Shown: piece after piece, positions 38,455 to 52,009 of the stretch | How the letters are laid out: each line of letters opens with the position of its first letter | Numbering within the stretch: the first letter of the stretch is position 1 | From: Phoronis australis | Taxonomy: Eukaryota > Animalia > Phoronida | Direction of reading: 5' to 3' | Length of the DNA stretch: 64,000 nucleotides | Assembly (NCBI GenBank): GCA_002633005.1 | Contig: NMRA01000306.1 | Location: 442,512-506,511, forward strand | Notes under the pieces: generated by a model | Database searches by the model: none | What the model was told of the DNA's origin: nothing | The model's input: the letters and a program-made list of their open reading frames with translations, nothing else | Translations under genes and position numbers: made by a program

Positions 38455-41400
38455 CTAAAATAGGTGGCGCTAAGTGACAGTCTCCAAAGCAAAGTTATGT
38501 TTACAATAAGTATTTGGCCTGAAATTCTACAGTCTACAGAGCGCTATTCAGCCACAGTAGAACAGTGCTAGCTGGGTCAGTCTGGGTCAACTAGGCATAA
38601 CCAAAACAAAGTGAACTAACTGAAAGCCAGCCAGCTGTGTGCATACGTGACCGAAGGAACAACGATATCCGAAAATCTCGAATAATTCAAAAAGTAGTCG
38701 TCGTAGCGCAAAATGAAAATTATCACCTGAAAGCCCGTTCAAAACTCTATCTCAAGTGGTAGTTTGTCAAACACGATAACATTCATGTGACTAGGGAAGA
38801 AATCAAATAGAGAGCATATAATGAACTACAATAAAGAATAATAGATAGCGCAACATGACGGACGAGCCATGCTTTGTTCCCGCAATCCAAAATAGGTGGC
38901 ACTATGTGACAGTCTGCAGAGCAAAGTTATGTTTACAATAGTATTTCGCCTGGAATCCCAGACTACAGTACGACAGTGCTACCTGGGTCAGTCGGGGTCA
39001 CAACTCTCTGTTAACTTGTGCAGACACAACCAAAGCAAAGTGAACTGAAAGCCAGCCAGCTGAGTGCATACGAGACCGAAGGAACAACGGTATCCGAAAA
39101 TCTCAAATAATTCAAAAAGTAGACGTCGTAGTGCAAAATGGAAATTATCATCTGAAAGCCCGTTCAAAACTCTATCTAAAGTGGTAGTTTGTCAAACACG
39201 ATAACATTCATGTGACTAGCAAAAAATCAATAGAGAGCATACAATNNNNNNNNNNNNNNNNNNNNNNNNNNNNNNNNNNNNNNNNNNNNNNNNNNNNNNN
39301 NNNNNNNNNNNNNNNNNNNNNNNNNNNNNNNNNNNNNNNNNNNNNNNNNNNNNNNNNNNNNNNNNNNNNNNNNNNNNNNNNNNNNNNNNNNNNNNNNNAA
39401 TAATTCAAAAAGTAGACGTCGTAGCGCAAAATGAAAATTATCATCTGAAAGCCCGTTCAAAACTCTATCTAAAGTGGTAGTTTGTCAAACACGATAACAT
39501 TCATGTGACTAGCAAAAAATCAAACAGAGAGCATACAATCAACTACAATCAAGAACAATAGATGGCGCAACATGACGGACGAGCCATGCTTTAAAGTAGG
39601 ACAGTGCTGGCTGGGTCAGTCTGGGTCAACTAGGCATAACCAAAACAAAGTGAACTGAAAGCCAGCCACTTGCGCGCTTGCATAGGAACAACGGTATCCG
39701 AAAATCTCGAAACATTAAAAAAGTAGACGTCGTAGCGCAAAATGGAAAGTATCTTCTGAAAGCCCGTTCAAATCTCTATCTAAAGTGGTAGTTTGGCAAA
39801 AATCCAAAAAATTTTCGAGAAAATTGAAAATTTGCCGGGTTTTTTTTTGAAATTCAAAGTCAAATAACTCGAAAACTGTAAGTCTGAGAAATACGCTCTC
39901 GCAGACTTTTTGAAAGGCCATACTTCAAGGAATCCACACGCAAAAATTCACGTCATTTGCTCTTCCCATAAAAAATGCGACACGAGAGCGATTGAAACAG
40001 TGTGAACATGCCCCACAGCCGCCATCTTGAAGGTGACTTCCGGTTCAATATTTTTTTATAAAAGCTTATTAACCTCAACAAACACGTGACCATTTTGAAA
40101 GTGATTGGTTTGCAATTGCGCCCTCTACAGGAGAAAACGTTTTTAGCCATATTTAGGGGTGCGCATGCGCCACGTCCAATAATTCCGCCATCTTTAACCG
40201 GAAGTCTACGATTTTCTGCACAATTCTAGCACATGCGTTTTAGTATATTCGTACCAATTTTCAGCCATGTAGGTTGAAAAATGCGGCCTCTACTTGTTTT
40301 TGACTGTGAAATTGGATTCACAATGGCCGCCACGTCCGCCATTTTGTATCCGATCATGACCAAAAACAGTAACTTTCCAGTGATTCCCAATCTACATGTT
40401 GTGTGCAAATTTCGTGAAAATCGGACCAGAATTGCGACCTGTAGAGAGCGAACAAACAAAAAAATGAAATCGCTCTGAGGAGCGAAACTTGGCGAAATTA
40501 ACCAAAAAGATGACGATAAAGACGATGACGTAGATGACGAATATGACGACGATGGTGGCGAGGATGAACAAAAGAAGTAATAATAACATACACATGACGA
40601 ACGTAGAAGTCCGAAATCAGTAAGAAAAAGGCTACAGTCTTGTGCTACACTTGGCGAAATTAACGGAAAAGACAACGACGGAGATGATGACGAAGATGAT
40701 GACGATGATGACGAATATGATGATGGTGGTGGCGATGATGAACAACATCACAACATTCATGTTACGAACTTAGATGTCATAAATCAATAAGAAATAGGCT
40801 ACAGTCTACTTCAATAGAAGATCAATCCACATCAAAACAGCAAGAGCGCTCAACAAAGGAACAGCGTTATCAGAAAATCTCAAATACCTCGAAAAGTAGA
40901 CGTCCTAGCGAAAAATGGAAACCATCTTCTGAAAGCCCGTTCAAAATTCTATCTAAACTAGTGGTATCGCCTAATTCCGTAAATTGTTCGGAAAAAATGA
41001 AATTGCGTTTTTTTTAAGAAATTCAAAGTCAAATAACTCGAAAACGGTAAGTCTGAGAAAAAAATTGTTACAGGCCATTTGAAAGAATATACTTCAAAGA
41101 ATCCACATGCAAAAAATCACGTCTTTTTCTCTTCCCGTTTAAAATCGAACTTCAGCACGACTGAAAATGGGTCAACATGGGCCAGATCCGCCATCTTGAA
41201 AGCAACTTCCGGTTTTTTGGATCAGTATAGTAGCATGTCATAAGAAACTACTACCTGTAAAAATTCGAAGGAATTGGTCTGATAAGGCGCCCTCTACAGG
41301 AGAAAACGTTTTTAGGCCAAAATCGAGGTGCGCATGCGCGATCGCCGATATTTCCGCCATCTTTATTCGGAAGTAAACAATTTACAGTATACCTGTAGAA

Positions 41401-43005
41401 AACTTCCGGTCCAGTTACTGTGCCGATTCTTAGCCTTTTACGTAAAAAATTGTAGCCTCCAGAAGCATTTGAACCTTGAAATGAAAACAAAATGGCCGCC
41501 ACAGCCGCCATCTTGGATCCGATTTTGACGAAAAACACTAGGCTTCCAGTACTTCTGGAAGTACGTGTTATGTGTAAATTTTGTGATGATCGGACGAAAA
41601 TTACGACCTGTATCGCGCGAACAAACAAAAAAAACTTAGTGGAAGAGCAACATACTTGGCGAAATTTATTTCGCCAAGTAATAATAAATGAAAGCGCTCC
41701 GAGGAGCGAACCTTGGCGAAATTAACCAAAAAGATAACGATAAAGATGATGACGAAGATGACGAATATGACGACGATGGTGAAAAAAAGAAGTATTAATA
41801 ACATACACATGGCGAACGTAGAGGTCCGAAATCAGTAAGAAAAAGGCTACAGTCTTGTGCGACACTTGGCGAAATTAACGGAAAAGACAACGACGGAGAT
41901 GATGACGAAGATGACGATGATGATGACGAATATGATGATGGTGGTGGCGATGATGAACAACATCACAACATTCATATGACGAACTTATATGTCATAAATC
42001 AATAACAAATAGGCTACAGTCTAGTTCAATAGAAGATATACTGTACCAACATCAATGCAGCAAGAGCGCTCAACAAAGGAACAGCGTTATCAGAAAATCT
42101 CAAATAACTCGAAAAGTAGACGTCCTAGCGAAAAATGGAAAACATCTTCTGAAAGCCCGTTCAAACTTCTATCTAAACAGATGGTATCGCCTAATTCCGT
42201 AAATTTTTCGAAAAAAATGAAATTTTGCTTATTTTTATGAAATTCAAAGTCAAATAACTCGAAAACAGTAAGTCTGAGAAAAAATCGTAACAAGCCATTT
42301 GTAAGAGTATACATTAGAGAATCCACATGCAAAAATTCATGTCTTTTCCTTCACCCGTTTAAATAGCATTTACGTACGACTGAAAATAGGTCAACATGCA
42401 CAAGATCCGCCATCTCGAATGCAACTTCCGGTTTTTTGGGTTGATATAATAGCATTTCACAAAAAACTAATATCCGTAAAACTTCAAAGGAATTGGCCTT
42501 ATAATGCGCCCTCTACAGGAGAAAACGTTTTTAGGCCAAAATTGAGGTGCGCATGCGCGATCGCCGATATTTCCGCCATCTTAAATCTGAAGTAAACAAT
42601 TTCCGCTATGCTTGTAGCAAACTTCCGGTCCACTTACTGTGCCGATTCTTAGCCTTTTACGTAAAAAATTGTAGCCTCCAGAAGCATTTGAACCTTTAAA
42701 TGAAAACAAAATGGCCGCCACAGCCGCCATCTTGGATCCGATTTTGACGAAAAACAACAGGCTTCCAGTACTTCCGGAAGTACGTATTATGTGTAAAATT
42801 CGTGATGATCAGACAAAAATTGCGACCTGTATCGTGCGAACAACAAAAAAAAACTTAGTGGAAGAGCAATATACTTGGCGAAATTTATTTCGCCAAGTAA
42901 CTAGTAAAACCTTGCTGTCAGAGCAACATACTTGGCGGAAGAATTCCGACAAGTAAAAACTTGCTATCAGAGCAACATACTTGGCGGAAGAATTCCGCCA
43001 AGTAA
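38455..43005 (-). mobile_element. Helentron/HINE-like composite tandem array
   Basis: The core 'aaaagtagacgtcgtagcgcaaaatg..gaaagcccgttcaaa' recurs at ~38690, 39115, 39410, 39720, 40890 and 42110. ~1.2-kb higher-order units carry (GAY)n microsatellites. Hairpins ACTTGGCG(A/G)AA...TT(T/C)CGCCAAGT occur at ~41654, 42873, 42930 and 42979. Confidence 0.65.
39246..39398. other. Assembly gap (N run) inside the array
   Basis: Run of N. Confidence 1.
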
Positions 43006-43449
43006 AGATGTTACTAATATGCCCATGACAGCAAAATGCGATAAGCCACCACTGTCGAATATATCTTCAACTTGTAAAGAATACAAGCAGATGACCTGAT
43101 TCGTGTAGAAAGCATTTTAATTCAACAATTTACATGAAGAAACGTAACCCTGCATCCAGCATAATACAGCACTGTACCTAATCCGTAACACTACCGAGAC
43201 GATCACCGCAGTTTGGTCATACTTACTTTTCATGTTTCGAAGCTAATTTTCCGAAAAAATACTTATACCCTTCCGTCAGACAACTCTTCGGTGCATTGAC
43301 GTGTTCTCTAATGTATTTTTCTACGTCTCTGTGGTTAATTACCGACTCATATTTTAAGATTTAATATCCAGGTTGTACTCGAAAGACCGGCCATTTAACT
43401 CATGCAATGAAAGTTTCAGCTTTGTATATCGCAGTGAGCCTCGCTTTGG

Positions 43450-44010
43450 ATTTTAATGGCCGCCACTTGAGTTAGGTCTTTTGCATGCACAAATGGCAAA
43501 AGCGCAACGTTTCGGCACGAAGAGACAAATGTAGTTTCGTGATGAACTGAGGATGACTTTGTCATCCCACGACTGTCTTGCCTGGGTACATGCTTTATTC
43601 TGCTCACTTTTTTCACAACTCAACTTCGCCATACTCTGCATGGCACCGTTTATATGTACTTGAGCATGTAGGCAAGGAAAGCTGTGCACTCCGCGTATCT
43701 CCCATTTCGAAACTTCCAGTTAAACCGCATTTTGATTAATGTTTTTATGAGTGTTTGTTCAATTACAAGATAATATGACACGCCTGAACAGAATCTGTCA
43801 CTTCCCCTTATGGCATGGTGGCCGTTAACAAAGGTGCTGTACACGTCTGGATGGGTGTCGTTGAGTTGCTGTATCTGTTACAAGTACATGTATCTGAATG
43901 CGTATTTTGCATAAACGTTGTGACCAGGAGCTGCAAAGTAAGGCAACCATCTTCATATATTGTATCGGGTTCGATTTTGCAAGGACAAGTCTGATTTGTG
44001 TGCTTCCATT
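43450..44010 (-). pseudogene. AcademX-type transposase internal fragment (decayed)
   Basis: Frames join as LPYFAAPGHNVYAK...HPDVYSTFVNGHHAIRGSDRFCSGVSYYLVIEQTL...AMQSM...SEQNK...ARQ. This matches the recalled conserved core of the family often auto-annotated 'Tesmin/TSO1-like CXC domain protein'. Confidence 0.7.
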
Positions 44011-44520
44011 TTAATGGATTCTTACAAGACACTCCGAAGAGTATACATCGCTGCGCATAGACGTCACGCCGACAATAAGATCATCAGATAGCTTCAGACC
44101 AGCCTTCAAAGCATCAGCAAGTATATCACTGGTCACTGGTCCTTCCGGCGAACCATTCTCTGCCACTGCGAATTCTGAAGACTTATACTCTGATTCAATC
44201 GTCTTTAAATATATCAGTGGCAGTATGTCGGAAGCCGGAAGTGCACTCTCGTGAGGGTATGCCACTGTAATCCAATAAGGTTCAGAATCGGAAGACCCTG
44301 CTTGTGCATTGCATATCCAAGTGTAAACATATCTAGTTATGTGATCAGTTAGGATGTCTGAAGAATATGTCTCCATGTATTCTGACGAACCAACCTTTGT
44401 GTACAAGCATTGAATTGCTCCACATTTTAATACGGAATCTGTATGTTCTGTGTGGGTGACATTCGGTACTCCTGGAATTTCTGAAGAACGGGAACTTCTT
44501 TCTTCAAATCGTGAATTCAT
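44011..44520 (-). CDS. 169-aa ORF of unknown function, probably a fragment
   Basis: Open frame with globular-protein-like composition and no recognised motif. It lies between transposon fragments. Confidence 0.3.
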   Translation of the reverse strand: MNSRFEERSSRSSEIPGVPNVTHTEHTDSVLKCGAIQCLYTKVGSSEYMETYSSDILTDHITRYVYTWICNAQAGSSDSEPYWITVAYPHESALPASDILPLIYLKTIESEYKSSEFAVAENGSPEGPVTSDILADALKAGLKLSDDLIVGVTSMRSDVYSSECLVRIH

Positions 44521-44680
44521 TGGTTCTGTATTTCTGTTACTTGATCTGTCAATATTTGGAAGTGGGGTGTTGAATGCTCTGGCTGTTATAATAGCATCAT
44601 TGCCGAGTGTACCAACATATACCCCCTCACTGCTTCATCCACACTTTTTCCATTTAACATAAGGATCACGCTGTTTGGTG

Positions 44681-44777
44681 ACCATGTATTTAAAGGGCTC
44701 GCGAAATCGAGGCTGTTAATCTATCACCACTAGTACACGCACGCCCTCTAGTTATTGTAGATTTTCCGAATAGCCCC
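44681..44777 (-). mobile_element. Third copy (terminal 97 bp only) of the ISL2EU-like element
   Basis: Near-identical to the reverse complement of 10114-10210. Ends ccgaatagcccc|AT. Confidence 0.92.
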
Positions 44778-45611
44778 ATTCACACAACTTGTAATATCGG
44801 TTGAATTAAGTATAACCAACTTTGCATTGTACAAAAGAACCTTTGTGTACACATGTTTTTATCTGATAACAATTCTTTACCCTGCATTGAGAACAACAAT
44901 TTCAGGGAATAGCATTTCAAGCATTTATTTTCATATATTTTTGGAAAGAACGCAATGCTTTGACACTCAGTAACAGTAGCACTTTTGTGCAGTCGCCATA
45001 TCAACTTTCAAATGAACAAGAGTTAAGTATCAGTCCATGGATCCACCGACCACTGTACAGCCAACAAGCGGCAAGGTGGGGGTCAACCATTCAGATCCAT
45101 GTTTAGTCTGATAAATCACATTAGGGATGAGAGAAAATGGGTGAAGTATGACACCACAAAGTTTGGTGGTTTAGGAGATACATGGGAAGTGTTCTTGGGG
45201 GCAAAATGAGGCAATTTCTTGCTGTGGAATGAGTCATTTTTCACCAAATTTTCTACTCCAGTTTCTGCTTCAAACAGAATCGTTTCTGAACAATTTTGAT
45301 ATCACATGATAGGTTCATGACCAATGTCAGTAAACACGGCACCGACACTGCAATATCGGTTACCATGGTAACACTGCAACTGTTTCCGTGGAGGTAAATT
45401 TCCATCTTGTGAAAAACCAGCAGTAAGCTGTACCCTTATAGCGAAGCTGCCCCCGCAAGAAAACTAAAAATAATAACATGGACATGTAGAAGACTCCATG
45501 CCCTTGAAATTAATACAACAAAAGCTTTGTCAGCGCTTCAGGCAGGCTTGGTAATAGGTGTCTGAATTTCACTATTTTCAGACCGCGTATGTGTATTTGT
45601 CATATTAAACC

Positions 45612-46812
45612 AGTCACTAGTTGTGCGCCGTTTCTACGCATTAATATGCCGTGGCATAAAACAACAATTAAAACAATTGGTTTGCTTAAATGTTTTAATT
45701 AATTTTAAGGACACTAGCATTTCCCAATAACTAATAAAATTATACTAAATTTGTTCATCCAATTCGTCTGAATACCAAACTAAAGCTTACAATGCGTTAG
45801 TTGAATGATGGCTGACCTAAAGTGTGGGTTTGCGAATTTATCTATCTATCTGGCACTGCCAGTCGCATCGAATGTGGTATTTCTACAAATTGCGGGGAGA
45901 AACAACTTTGGAAACTCTAGGGAAATACACAAGGTATAGAGAGAGACATTTGAGCACCTCATAAGAGTACGTGGAGCTGATGTGGAGGTGGAACGTGTCC
46001 TCCTGAGTAGTCTGTCTCAGTGTCTGCCTCAGAGGCACTGTGTGCAGCAGGAGCTACATAATCTACCGTATTAGATTCCCTTGCCCGAATCATCGTTACA
46101 ACACTCGAGATATGTTGGCGTCGCCAAAGACACTTAGAACATCCACTGCACACTAGAGGAGAAATCTGATAGAGGTCTGAAAAATTACCAAAGACGTTTA
46201 AAGTCAAGGTTCAACATCCTGCTTCGTGTGAGCTCAGGTAGGAATCACTAAACTCCAGGGTCTGACCCTGAGTCACTAGTTGTGCGCCGTTTCTACGCAT
46301 TAATATGCCGTGGTATAATACAACAATTAAAACAATTGGTTTGCTTAGATGTTTTTAATTAATTTTAAGGACACTAGAATTTCCCAATAAAATATGAAAT
46401 TATTCCAAATTTGTTCATCCAATTCGTCTGAATACCAAACTAAAGCTTACAATGCGTGAGTTGAATGATGGCTGACGTAAAGTGCGGGTTTGCGAATTTA
46501 TCTATTTATCTGGCACTGTCAGTCGCATCAAATGGGGTATTTCTACAAATTGTGGAGAGAAACAACTTTGGAAACTCTAGGGAAATGCACAAGGTATAGA
46601 GCGAGACATTTGAGCACCTTATAAGAGTATGTGGAGCTGATGTGGAGGTGGAACGTGTCCTCCCGAGTAGTCTGTCTCAGTGTCTGCCTCGGAGGCACTG
46701 TGTGCAGCAGGAGCTACATAATCTACCATGTTAGGATCACTTGCCCGAATCATCGTTACAACACTCGAGATATATTGGCGTCGCCAAAGACACTTAGAAC
46801 ATCCACTGCACA
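45612..46812. repeat. Direct repeat of a ~659-bp unit (copy 1 45612-46270; copy 2 46271-46812, truncated)
   Basis: 'agtcactagttgtgcgccg' at 45612 and 46271. Each unit carries the decayed VCSGCSKCLWRR ORF on the minus strand. Confidence 0.92.
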
Positions 46813-47619
46813 ATATTAAAATCTAACAGTTTTGTGCTAGACAGGGGAGATAATCCACAGACCACTTTTTGGGGCTAATTTTAGTGGCCGTTTTTGTGAC
46901 CTTCTTACTGCTATAAAACACCTTGTAGCCTTATGTGACGTTTTGAACATACAGAGTTACTCTTGATGACTGAGCAGTAAAACATCTTGCCTCAACTTCG
47001 CACTTTAGTGAAAATTGCTTTGCAAAACTGTCTATTTTCATAGTTTGGAAATGACGAGCAGAGTTTACAGACCATTTGAACAAACTTCTAGGCAAGAAGT
47101 CTGCTTTAAATAGTTATAGAAACCAAGTCTAAACTCTTTCAAATGAAAACAAGATGTTTTCCGTGTTTATTACGCGGCTAGTATCAAAACTGAACCCGAT
47201 GACCTTTGCCCACCAAGGGAGCGAGTTGAGGTTAAGCTTGAGGATATATAAAAAATGTACGTGTAACCCTCTCGTATTCTTTCATTTCTTTTATATTATC
47301 AGGTTAATTTAAACACTCTGTAGAACTTTTAAATGAAAATAAAGATTAAGATTAAACGAGTAAGAATTGATATTTGCAATGACTGGTTTTGAGAGAAGCA
47401 AGTGCATTTTAAAAAGACAAAATGGCGGACGATGTCCATGGGCCTTCCTGTTCCTTCAGATTTTATTCTGCAAAAAATCACAAAAGCTTTGTGCTTTAGT
47501 GAGTTATGTCAAAGACATCACTGAACATTTGAGATACAGGAAACTGCCTCACAAAGCAAGGCCTGTGCCAGAGTAAGGACTCGTACTACCCAGGTTCGAT
47601 GAATTTCGGACCGAACAGG

Positions 47620-50600
47620 ACCAGTCATGGAAGAGTCAGGTAATGCTGGATGTTACCACTCTGCTCCTCTCCTCCTGAATGTAGCAGCCTTGTCAAATTC
47701 TACCGGCATTTCTGTTTCGAGATATGACTTAAGTGAAAGTCAGAATGGAAAGGATCTCTGTGATCGCAAGATCGCTCCACTCAAACAACATGCAAAGTAC
47801 TTTGTAGCCGAAGGTANCAGAATGGACAGGATCTCTGTGATCGCAAGATCGCTCCACTCAAACAACATGCAAAGTACTTTGTAGCCGAAGGTATCAATAT
47901 CATAAACTTTCTGGATTTGAAAGAAGCATTACTTTCCAGTGGTCGTGTGAAGGGATGCTATGTGTATGCATGTTCAGTCAATGTAACAAAGTCTTTTCCA
48001 AAATACTCAGTTCCTGGTATAAGCACATTCCCAAATTTCCACTATTTCACCCAAGGAATTCGCGTGTGGAAATCATTCCATGTAGGTGACGGTAAGTTCT
48101 TACAAATACTGAGAAAATGGGAAACCTATTTCTCTAAAATACACTAACATCTCTAGACATGGCGGATTTTCAACACCAACAGTTAAGGTTGGCATTGTAT
48201 CTAGTGAAGAGCATCTACAAAAGTTCCCTTGTACCCAGCAAGGTTACTCGAAATTTTTGCCACAGACGCAGAACTAGGTCAGCATTTGGATGTGGGTAAC
48301 GACACTGACCATTTACAAAGGGAAACCAAGTATGACCACATCGCACGACAGTGGTCAGAAATGCTTTCAGATGCAAGAACCGGAGCGTCATTTGAGGCAG
48401 CCTCTGAGTACTATTTGGATGAGACGAATCCTGAAGCAATAGGTTAGGCATTGAAAAAAGGTAAAAGGTCAACAAGATTTTCAGCAAAGGTTAAGAACAT
48501 TCTGACGAACATATTCGATGAAGATGAGAAAAGCCAGGTAAAAACGTTCACCCTCGGAAGTGCCAAAATGGACTCGGAGAAAGCATTACGAGAAAGTGCT
48601 TACCTGTGCTGTTAAGTGAATCGCAGATTGGTGGATTTTTTCCAGATTGTCTGCAGCAATGTTTATGACGATGCTGTTTCTGCTGAAGATGCTGTTATGT
48701 CGTCAGATTTACTGAATGAAGTGGTAAATGAGCTCAACGTTTAGCCTAGTTTTGTAGCATACCAGTCAAACATGTGTGATATATACTTCTGTTTACTTCA
48801 TGTCTGTCATGAATGAGTCATTAATAAAATTGTCTCTCGTGAATTAGTTTCTGTTGACTGTGAATGTGTACCTTTTTATACCACTGATGATCACACTGTC
48901 TGGCAGAAATATTCAGCGTTAGGGTGCCCGGTGTGTGGGGGTGGAACACCAGGTTTCTGACGACTGGTGGCGACTAAAATTTCTAGCAACCAGCAGGGAC
49001 ATTACAACATGAACCCAAAGTNTTTCTGGATTTGAAAGAAGCATTACTTTCCAGTGGCCGTGTGAAGGGATGTTATGTGTATGCATGTTCAGTCAATGCA
49101 ACAAAGTCTTTTCCAAAATACTCAGTTCCTGGTATAAGCACATTCCCAAATTCTCACTATTCCACCCGCGTGTAGAAATCATTTCATGTATGTGATGGAA
49201 AATTCTTACAAATACTGAGAAAATGGGAAACCTATTTCTCTAAAATACACTAACTTTTCTAGACATGGCGGATTTTCAACACCAAGACTTATGGTTGGCA
49301 TTGTATCTAGTGAAGAGCCTCAACAAAAGTTCCCTTGTACCCAGCAAGGTTACTCGAAATTCTTTGCTACAGACGCAGAACTAGGTCGGCATTTGCATGT
49401 CGATAACCACACTGGACATTTACAGAAGGAAACCACGTATGACCACATCGCACGACAGTGGTCAGAAATGCTTTCAGATGCAAGAGCCGGAGCGTCATTT
49501 GAGGCAGACTCAGAGTACTATTAGGATGAGACGAATGCTGAAGCAATACGTTAGGCATTGAAAAAAGGTAAAAGGTCAACAAGATTTTCAGCAAAGTTTA
49601 AGAACTTTCTGACGAACATATTCGATGAAGGAGATAAGTCAGGTAAAAACGTTCACTCTCGGAAGTGCCAAAATGGAGAAAACATTACGAGAACACACTG
49701 GGAAAGTGTTTACCTGTGATGTTAAGTGAATCGCAGATTGGTGGATTTTTTCGAGGTTGTCTGCAGCAATGTTTATGACGATGCTATTTCTGCTGAAGAT
49801 GCTGTTATATCGTCAGATTTACTGAATGAAGTGGTAAATGAGCTCAACGTTTAGCCTAGTTTTGTAGCATACCAGTCAAAGATTTGTGATATATAAAGTC
49901 GAGACCGTTACTTCTGTTTACTTCATGTCTGTCATGAATGAGTCATTAATAAAATTGTCTCTCGTGAATTATTTTCTATTGACTGTGAATGTGTACCTTT
50001 TCATACCACTGATGATCACACTGGCAGAAATATTCAGCGTTAGCCGGGTGCCCGGTGTGCGTGGGGGGACACCAGATTTCTGGCGACTGGTGGCGACTAA
50101 AATTTGTAGCAGCCAGCAGGGACATTACAATATGTGCCCAAAGTTTCACTGACTATTGACAAGTTGAATGATTTTTTGCACTGAGCACTAGGGGGGCCAT
50201 ATCCACATTGGGTGCCTTCCTTTGCCTGTGGCACGAACAAGGCAGATAGAAAACAAGGCAGGGGTGAGCTCAGTGTCACTAAAACCTCTCTAAAATTTAT
50301 CCAAAAGCACTGAACAAATTATTATAAATTCAATTTCAGGAAAGGTGCGTTATGGCTGCTACAGAGTGCCAAATTTGGCCGAAAATGGCTTCAGTGAAAA
50401 CCTGAAAAATAGCCGTTTTTGCCTCACAAATTCAAAACGTACAAATTTAAAAAATGGATTTTGAAAGTTATGCCATTAAATTATTCAGCCATTGCCCTTT
50501 CAATTTGTATTATTCTTTTGTTTTGACCTTACCATACATGCTCGTAAAATGCATTCAAACATGCCTACTTCGACCCCCAATTTTGTTGCAAAATGGAGGT

Positions 50601-50731
50601 ACAGGTCATAAAAAGAAAAAGAATGAATGAAAATTCTTAAAAAGTGAGGTTTTTCTACATCTCAACAAACCAAACTCATGTGCTAATTTTGGGTATAGAC
50701 TCTACCTGTTGGTTTTTATATGGAGTCACTC
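47620..50731 (+). mobile_element. Sola3-like transposase relic (C-terminal half, partly duplicated) with its right terminus
   Basis: SGNAGCYH...RYDLSESQNGKDLCDR...IRVWKSFHVGDGK...ALKKGKRSTRFS. Ends ...atatggagtcactc|TTAA at 50731, consistent with the GAG..CTC termini and TTAA target recalled for Sola3. Confidence 0.65.
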
Positions 50732-51353
50732 TTAATATGCCGTGGTATAATACAACAATTAAAAGAATTGGTTTGCTTAAATGTTTTTAATTAATTTTAA
50801 GGACACTAGCATTTCCCAATAAAATATGAAATTATACTAAATTTGTTCACCCAACTCGTCTGAATACCAAACTAAAGCTTACAGTGCGTTAGTTGAATGA
50901 TGGCTGACCTAAAGTGCGGGTTTGCTAATTTATCTATTTATCTGGCACTGCCAGTCGCATCGAATGTGGTATTTCTACAAATTGCGGAGAGAAACAACTT
51001 TGGAAACTCTTGGGAAATGCACAAGGTATAGAGCGAGACATTTGAGCACCTTATAAGAGTACGTGGAGCTGATGTGGAGGTGGAACGTGTCCTCCTGAGT
51101 AGTCTGTCTCAGTGCTCGGAGGCAGGTGTGCAGGAGCTACATAATCTACCGTATTAGATTCACTTGCCCGAATCATCGTTACAACACTCGAGATATATTG
51201 TTGTCGCCAAAGACACTGAGAACATCCACTGCACATTAGAGGAGAAATCTGATAGAGGTATGAAAAGTGACCAAAGATGTTAAGTCAAGGTTCAACGTCC
51301 TGCTTCGTGTGAGCTCAGGTAGAAATCGCTAAACTCCAGTGTCTGACCCTGAG
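50732..51353. repeat. Third copy of the ~659-bp unit, starting at its internal TTAA
   Basis: ttaatatgccgtggtataatac... through gtctgaccctgag matches 45641-46272. Confidence 0.9.
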
Positions 51354-52009
51354 GAATATTTTTAGAAGCACGTCATTCATGCAAAAATACTTTTATTGAC
51401 ACACTGTGATTGCTTATAACTTGGGCCTTATTGCTTAATCAACTACATGTATACATTGGCATAGAAAATAGGTGGTCATCATAACTTTTCGTAACAACCA
51501 CCAAATGTGTAACATGACTTCTGCCCATGAACTACTTTTAGAGACTAGGGAGTATGTTATGTCTGCCAATGATTTTCTGCGATTATGAAGTTAATTAAAC
51601 ATGCTAAAGCCGTAAAAAACATTGGTGTCTTCACTTTAGCTTGGTATTCATATTTTCTGAGCCGAAATGGCCACATTAAATTTAATATGTTTAATTTTTC
51701 GTTAATACAATTTTAGGAATCAGGAAAGGCTTATGCTGAAGAAGTGGCTTCTGCTGACGTTGGAGACTTGCCGATTATTAGTAATAATAAAAATAATTGC
51801 AGGCGGTCTGATACACGTTGTATCAGACGTGCGCAGGCCTCGCATGTGGGCCCATTGCACTGATCACCTGGAAATATTTTTATGCTTTATTGATATATGG
51901 TTAAAACCGAGCTGAGGAGCTAGAAACCTGGCTCAAGGGTTTAGCAGTGTGACCTGGTGGGACTTGAACCCACGACCTCGAGTAAAGAAAGTGGGATTAT
52001 TAGTAAAGG

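Noticed and set aside
39208-39460. ORFs spanning the second gap
   Set aside because: Artefacts of the N run.
40226-41810. Ser-rich and hydrophobic ORFs that look like membrane proteins
   Set aside because: They derive from (GAY)n microsatellites inside the repeat array and recur with the repeat unit.
51945-51985. tRNA gene (minus strand ggtcgtgggttcaagtcccacc)
   Set aside because: Only a T-arm/B-box is present, with no D arm or acceptor stem. It is more likely a SINE fragment.
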